Origin: Pavona decussata
Lineage: Eukaryota
DNA length: 64,000 nt
Direction of reading: 5' to 3'
Assembly (NCBI GenBank): GCA_977016875.1
Contig: CDRNST010000091.1
Span: 2,108,001 to 2,172,000, forward strand
Under the pieces are notes generated by a model. It had not been told where the DNA came from. It did not search any database and was given only the letters and a program-made list of their open reading frames with translations. This document shows positions 56,301 through 62,300 of the stretch, piece after piece. The position numbers and the translations under genes are program-made. How positions within the stretch are numbered: the first letter of the stretch is position 1; each line of letters opens with the position of its first letter.

Positions 56301-59300
56301 CCATGACAACAAGTGTGCTTGCTTTGTCCGCTTTTTTAAGGGTTAAGTAATTGCGTCGTTTGATAGCGTTTAATGTTCGACGTTCTTTGCGTGACAAGTT
56401 TGGTTTTGGATTGGCTATTTGTATCTCCGCAATTTGTTTTTTGACCTCTTCAAGAGATGTTTCTATAGACAGTGTGACTGATGGTTGAATTAGTGGATCC
56501 CAGTTTGGTTTGATATACACTGTAGAAGGGATGAATTGTTTATTTTGCCCGTGGAAGATGTATCTGAGGCACATTCGTCTTGCAAAATGTCTGAAATTCT
56601 GCAAGAGTTTGTGTCGGACTTATTTTTGTCTCCATAACGAATGAATGTAATTCAACGTGTGAGGTCCCCAACACTTCTCGCCGGCCTGTAGGTGCCACGT
56701 GCAGCAAGCTGCAAAGAGCTATGACGAGAGCGAGGCAGTGCTACAGAATGATGTCATTTATCATATCCTATAATTACTGGCGGATTTAGGACGCAACTTT
56801 GAACTTTTTGATGTGACGACAACGTCGGACTTGAGCTAGAAAAATCCAAAAATTGCTTTACAGTTTGTCGGGATGTGCCGCCTAATTTCGACATCAAAAT
56901 AAAGTTCGATGTTAGCGCGTATTCCTTAAAAACCTTTGAAGTTGGTTTGTATCGGTATGTTGTCGAAACCCATGCACATTGTAAAGGTGAAAGTTGATTC
57001 ATGTTGTCGGACGTAGTTGGATATTGATTTACATTGCTTGGTGATGGTGGTCGTTGCTTGATCCTTGTTAGCCTGCAGTGTAAAAGCTAATAACTTCTTT
57101 TCTTTATTCCAAATTTCTCTTTACAGCCAAAAAACCTACAGGAACAGCACCAGAAATCACAAAACCTCTGGAAAATGTCACCGTTGTTGAGGGTGAACCA
57201 GCAACCCTTGAGTGCGAGCTGAAGGGAGAACCACAGCCCAACATTGAATGGTTCAGAGATAGTGAGCAGGTCAAGGAGTCCAAGCGCATTAGTCTGCAAT
57301 TCGATGGCAAGCTTTGTTCTTTGTCTTTAAAACCGAGTGAGCTTGATGATGAAGGAGAGTACAAGTGTGTTGCACGTAACGAACTCGGAAGTGCGTCGAG
57401 CACAGCGGAACTACTTGTGAATGAAAGCAACAGGAAACCAGAATTTGTAGAGAAGCTTAAAAACATCAGTGTTCAGCCTGGAGAGGAAGCGAGGTTCAAT
57501 GTGCGGGTTATTGGCTCACCACCGCCAGAAGTTGATTGGTTCAAAGGAAAAGAAAGCCTTGAAGATGAGGGTCGCTTTCTTATGGTGGATGATGTAGAGG
57601 AAGACCTGTTTTCGTTGATTATTGAAGATGCCCAACCAAGTGACAGTGGTGAGTATGAGTGCGTTGCATTCAATGAAGTTGGCGAAGTCTCATGCAAGGG
57701 AAACCTGGTTGTTGAGGAAACTCTCGTTGCACCCCAAGTTATCGATGAAGTAGAAGGTGCGGCACCCATGCTTGAAGAAGCAATCATGGCACCCAAGTTT
57801 GCTGAAGAAGGGGAAAGTGCACCAGTTGTGATCGAAGAAGGAGGTGATCTCAGTTTAAGTGCAGATGTCAAGGGACGGCCAACACCAGATGTTCAATGGT
57901 CGAAGGATGGTCAGGACTTAAAGAGCAGTGAACACTTGGATGTTGGTGAGGAGGATGGCAAACACACACTGTTGGTCAAAGGCGCTACTCCTGAAGACTC
58001 TGGGGTTTACAAGTGTCAGGCTACCAGCAAGGGAGGTGTGGCTGAAAGAACGTTTGACGTACAAGTGATAGGTACCTTTATGTTTTGTTGTTTGAAGTTC
58101 GATAGCGTACAAATGTCGCAACGTTTCTAAACTTACCACTAAGGAAAACAGTATTGGTGGGTAGAATGCGTAGTAGTTTTCACCCGAATTACCAAACGTT
58201 ATGATTTCACAGGCTCAAGAACAACTTCTACATTCACTGACACTCTGGTACCACCGTGTACCGGAAAATAGACAGTACAACAGAATAGCACTCATTTTAA
58301 ATGCCCACACACTTGAGGGATTTTTACAGGGTCAGAGATACGCCTGTGGAATTTGCAGTAATTGAGTCTGGCGTCTTCCCTTCCCCTATGCATCAACCGT
58401 AAGTAGGAATAAGTCAAGCGAAGGTAGTCAAGGTACTTTTAGTAATGGTTAATTTTCATGCCTGGTTTTAAAACTGCAGCTAAGAAACCAGAAGGGACAG
58501 AGCCAGTATTCACAGAACCTGTTCAACCAGTCGAGGTCAAGGAAGGCAGTGATGCCAGACTACAATGCACTGTCGAAGCGGAACCCAAACCCAATGTTGA
58601 ATGGTTGAAGAATGGCGTTCGCGTGAAAGAAAACCGACGGGTGAAAGTAGAAATTGACGGGAAAGCAACTTCACTGACGATCAAAGAAACCAGGACGCCG
58701 GACCAAGGAGAATACAAATGTGTAGCGACAAATGTTGTAGGGTCATCGTCCTGTGCTGCCACCTTAACAGTCAAGGCCATTACCAAGCCAGACTTCAAAG
58801 AGAAGATCAAGACAAGTGAGGTTATGGAGGGAGACACTGCGAGGTTTGATGCTCGAGTGACTGGGTATCCTGTGCCCGAGGTGGAGTGGTTTAGAGCAAC
58901 AACCAAGCTGAAAAATGATGACAGGATTGAAGTGACACAGGACAAAGATGACGATGTTTACTCACTTGTAATCAGTGACGCTAAGCGGGAAGATGCTGGA
59001 ATGTACAAATGCGTGGCTTCAAATGAAGGAGGTAACTGACGCAATATTACGTTACAGTCACCCTACGTCACGCGTGACCAGTATTTCCGAGAGTGAAATG
59101 AACATACGAATTCCTCTTTGTTAATGTCCGGCATTTGAATGGAATATTGAAAATTTCTTTGGAAATCATTCCGAAAAAGACGCGTTAAGTGGAAAAAAAT
59201 TTAAAATATTCGGTAAACATTTGTGCTTAATACTGTGATGATAAAATGAAAGAATGAAAAAAATCATAGCTTTATACGGTCAATAAACAAGGGAACTTTC

Positions 59301-62300
59301 TACGTGAACTCTGAAATCTCGCTGGCGATGTTCAAAACTGACATATAAATTTCAAAACTTTGTCACGCGTGACGTAGGTTCACTGTACCACTTTCGCTTC
59401 TTATCGGATGCTAACAGAACTTAAAGAGTAAGCAATTGTCAAACGTTTGATGGAAGCGAAATACATGTATTTGCTGGTCTTTTGACTTACACAATGTTCG
59501 AAGCTATCGAAACTCAGTTGGCATGGTATTAGATTACGCACAAATCCTCTGTTGGCGTCAGACGAGAGGCCATCGTATTAACAAGCTGTTAGACTGTTTT
59601 CAGTCCCCTGTGTTTTTATGTGATTTTCTAGATAGTATATGTTTTCCATTGGACTGCAATCATCTTGGTTTGTTGGGGACAGTGTAACCTGGGGAGAGGG
59701 CCAGAACTACCAAGGGGGCCCCTAGTCAGGTTGCTTAGCGTGGCGGAGGAGGGGAGACAACTAAAATATCTCTCTCCCCACGTCGAGCCCTCTTTGGCGC
59801 GCTCCCCAAGTTGCGCTCGTCAGGATGGCGGCAGTGCGATCGAAGCATACTACTACTACACTGTAAACAGCCCAACAAGCTGTTTTCTATTGTGTTTCTA
59901 GGTAGGCAAAATCTCCATTGCTGTTAACCCTTTCTGTTGTAGGTAAAAACACATGCCGAGCTGACCTCACCGTGAAGGAGAGGCTGTTTGCCCCTGAATT
60001 CGCTGAGGAGCAGTCGGATGCCCCCATAACAGTGTCAGAAGGTGGAGAAGTCAGCCTGGATTTAACAGTCAATGGTAAACCCAAACCTGATGTGAAATGG
60101 TACAAGGATGACAGACCACTGCGTGAGAGTAACAGGCTGGACATCAAGGCGCGAGGAGACAAGTACTCTGTGGTGATTCTCGGGATCAAACCAGACGATT
60201 CTGGAGTGTACAAGTGTGAAGCAAAGAGCAAGATGGGTACCGTGACCAGGACATTTGATGTCAGAGTAGCAGGTATTTACAAAGTTGTTCCGTAATCTGT
60301 GACTACACGGCTGGTAACAGTTACAAAACAGCATTTCCTTCGTTTCGTCTTAAAGTTCTAATGGTCTTGTTTGAAATGACCATCGCCGTGTTCATGCACA
60401 CGTCCTACAGTTTTAGTCTCCATTGTTGTATTCACATTTTACCAAGGTCATTCTTAATTAACTAGAGAGACTTGATATCTCCAACCCAAGATGCCGGATA
60501 CTCATACATGTAATACTGTCAACTCCCATTGACTGTTATTCTCACATACTTGCAGAAGATTGAAACCAGAAGCATACCAAGTTTTAGTTGGAAAGGACAA
60601 TTTTTCAAAATACTCTTCTTTTACTGAGTTGAGGATTTTATTCACTGACTCGACTTGCGACTTCCATTTTTTGAGTCAAGATTTTTTTCTTCTTATTAAT
60701 ATTATTCTTTATTTACGCACAGATTCTAATTGACAAAATGTTGAACTTACTTAACCTCAAACACCTGTGCAATTCATCGTCCTTAATAAGATTTCAAAAA
60801 CGGAGGGGGAGAGTTGGAGCGGGGGTGGGGTGGTACTTTTTTTTTTGGGAGTGAAAATTGTAAGTCCCGTAATTCTATGCGTGACTGTTGTATTTCTCAT
60901 TTCATTTCTTAGCTGAGAAGCCAGCTGGAACGGCACCACAGTTTACGCAGCCTTTAGAATCAATGGAAGTCTCAGAAGGGACAACTGTTAAACTCACATG
61001 CAGCTTGAAAGGAGTACCTCAACCAACTATTCAATGGCTCAAAGATGGAAAGCCCCTGAAAACTAGCATAAGGGTGAAGGACGAGTTTGATGGGGACGTC
61101 GCCGCTTTGGTGTTTTCCGAAGTAGAGCTTGACGATGAAGGTGATTACAAGTGCGTTGCGCAAAATGAGTTGGGTTCTGCATCTTGTACTGCGGAGCTTC
61201 TTGTGAACGAAGCTGGTGTGAAGCCTGAATTCACTGAACCAATGAAAGACATTGAGGTAGCTGTTGACGACGAAGGAAGGTTTGATGTGCGCGTATCTGG
61301 CGTGCCTAAGCCATCGGTGCAGTGGTTCAAGGGAACAAAGAAGATCGAAGATGAAGGCAAGTTCTTGTTGATGGACGATGAAGAAGAAGAAGACCTGTTT
61401 TCTCTTGTCATTGACCAAGTTGCCTCTGATGATGTCGGCACGTACACTTGCAAAGCGGCTAATGAATCTGGGGAGGTGAGCTGCAAAGCTGAACTACAAA
61501 TGCAAGAGAAGATGGCAGCTCCTGAATTTGCTGATCAAGAGGAAAGCGGCCCGATCACTGCTCAAGAAGGAGACGACGTAACCCTTAATGTTACTGTGAA
61601 AGGAAAGCCAAGCCCACAGATCGAGTGGCACAAGGACGATAAGCGTCTGAGGAAGACCAGCCGTCTGGATGTCAAAGAACGGGGAGATAAGTTCTCTTTG
61701 GTTATCTTAAAGGTGACACCTGACGATTCTGGTTTGTACAAGTGTGTGGCAAGTAGTAAGGCTGGAAGTGTTACAAGAACATTTGAAGTCAACATTGAAG
61801 GTATGTCCCAAAGGGTCATCAACCCATGCAATTTGTGATGCGATCTTAAGGACGGTTTTTAAGCACTATTCACAATCATTTCACTCTGACTTTGAAAGGC
61901 TGTGTAGTGGAAGAATGTTGCTTGGTATGTGAAGAAAAAGTGAACATGTCGGAAGACAATTGTGTGCACTCCGCTGCACTTAAGTCTTAAATTTTTCCAA
62001 AAACTATATATTCATACAACCATTGTATGTCCTTTTGATACTGCTTCCTTCTAGAGAGAGTGGAAAGTTCCCTTTGAAAGGTTGCTCCAGCTACTGTTCT
62101 TTAACACTTTTTGTTTGTGGGTTTTTTTGCGGGGGGTAGGGAGGGGGATATATTGTCAAACCTGTTGGATAAGTAATTACCGTGTAGAAAGAAAATTTTG
62201 CGGGAGTTTTATTTTGCGGATTGGCGAGTTTTTGTGGTTTGCGGGAACAAATATTTGCGGTTCGCGATGACTAAAAGTTTTGCTGGGAATTAATTTTTGC

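Noticed and set aside
58458-59039. Gene end or pseudogenising stop at GGN*
   Set aside because: The stop lies just inside an intron; splicing 59031>59943 restores the exact paralogue length
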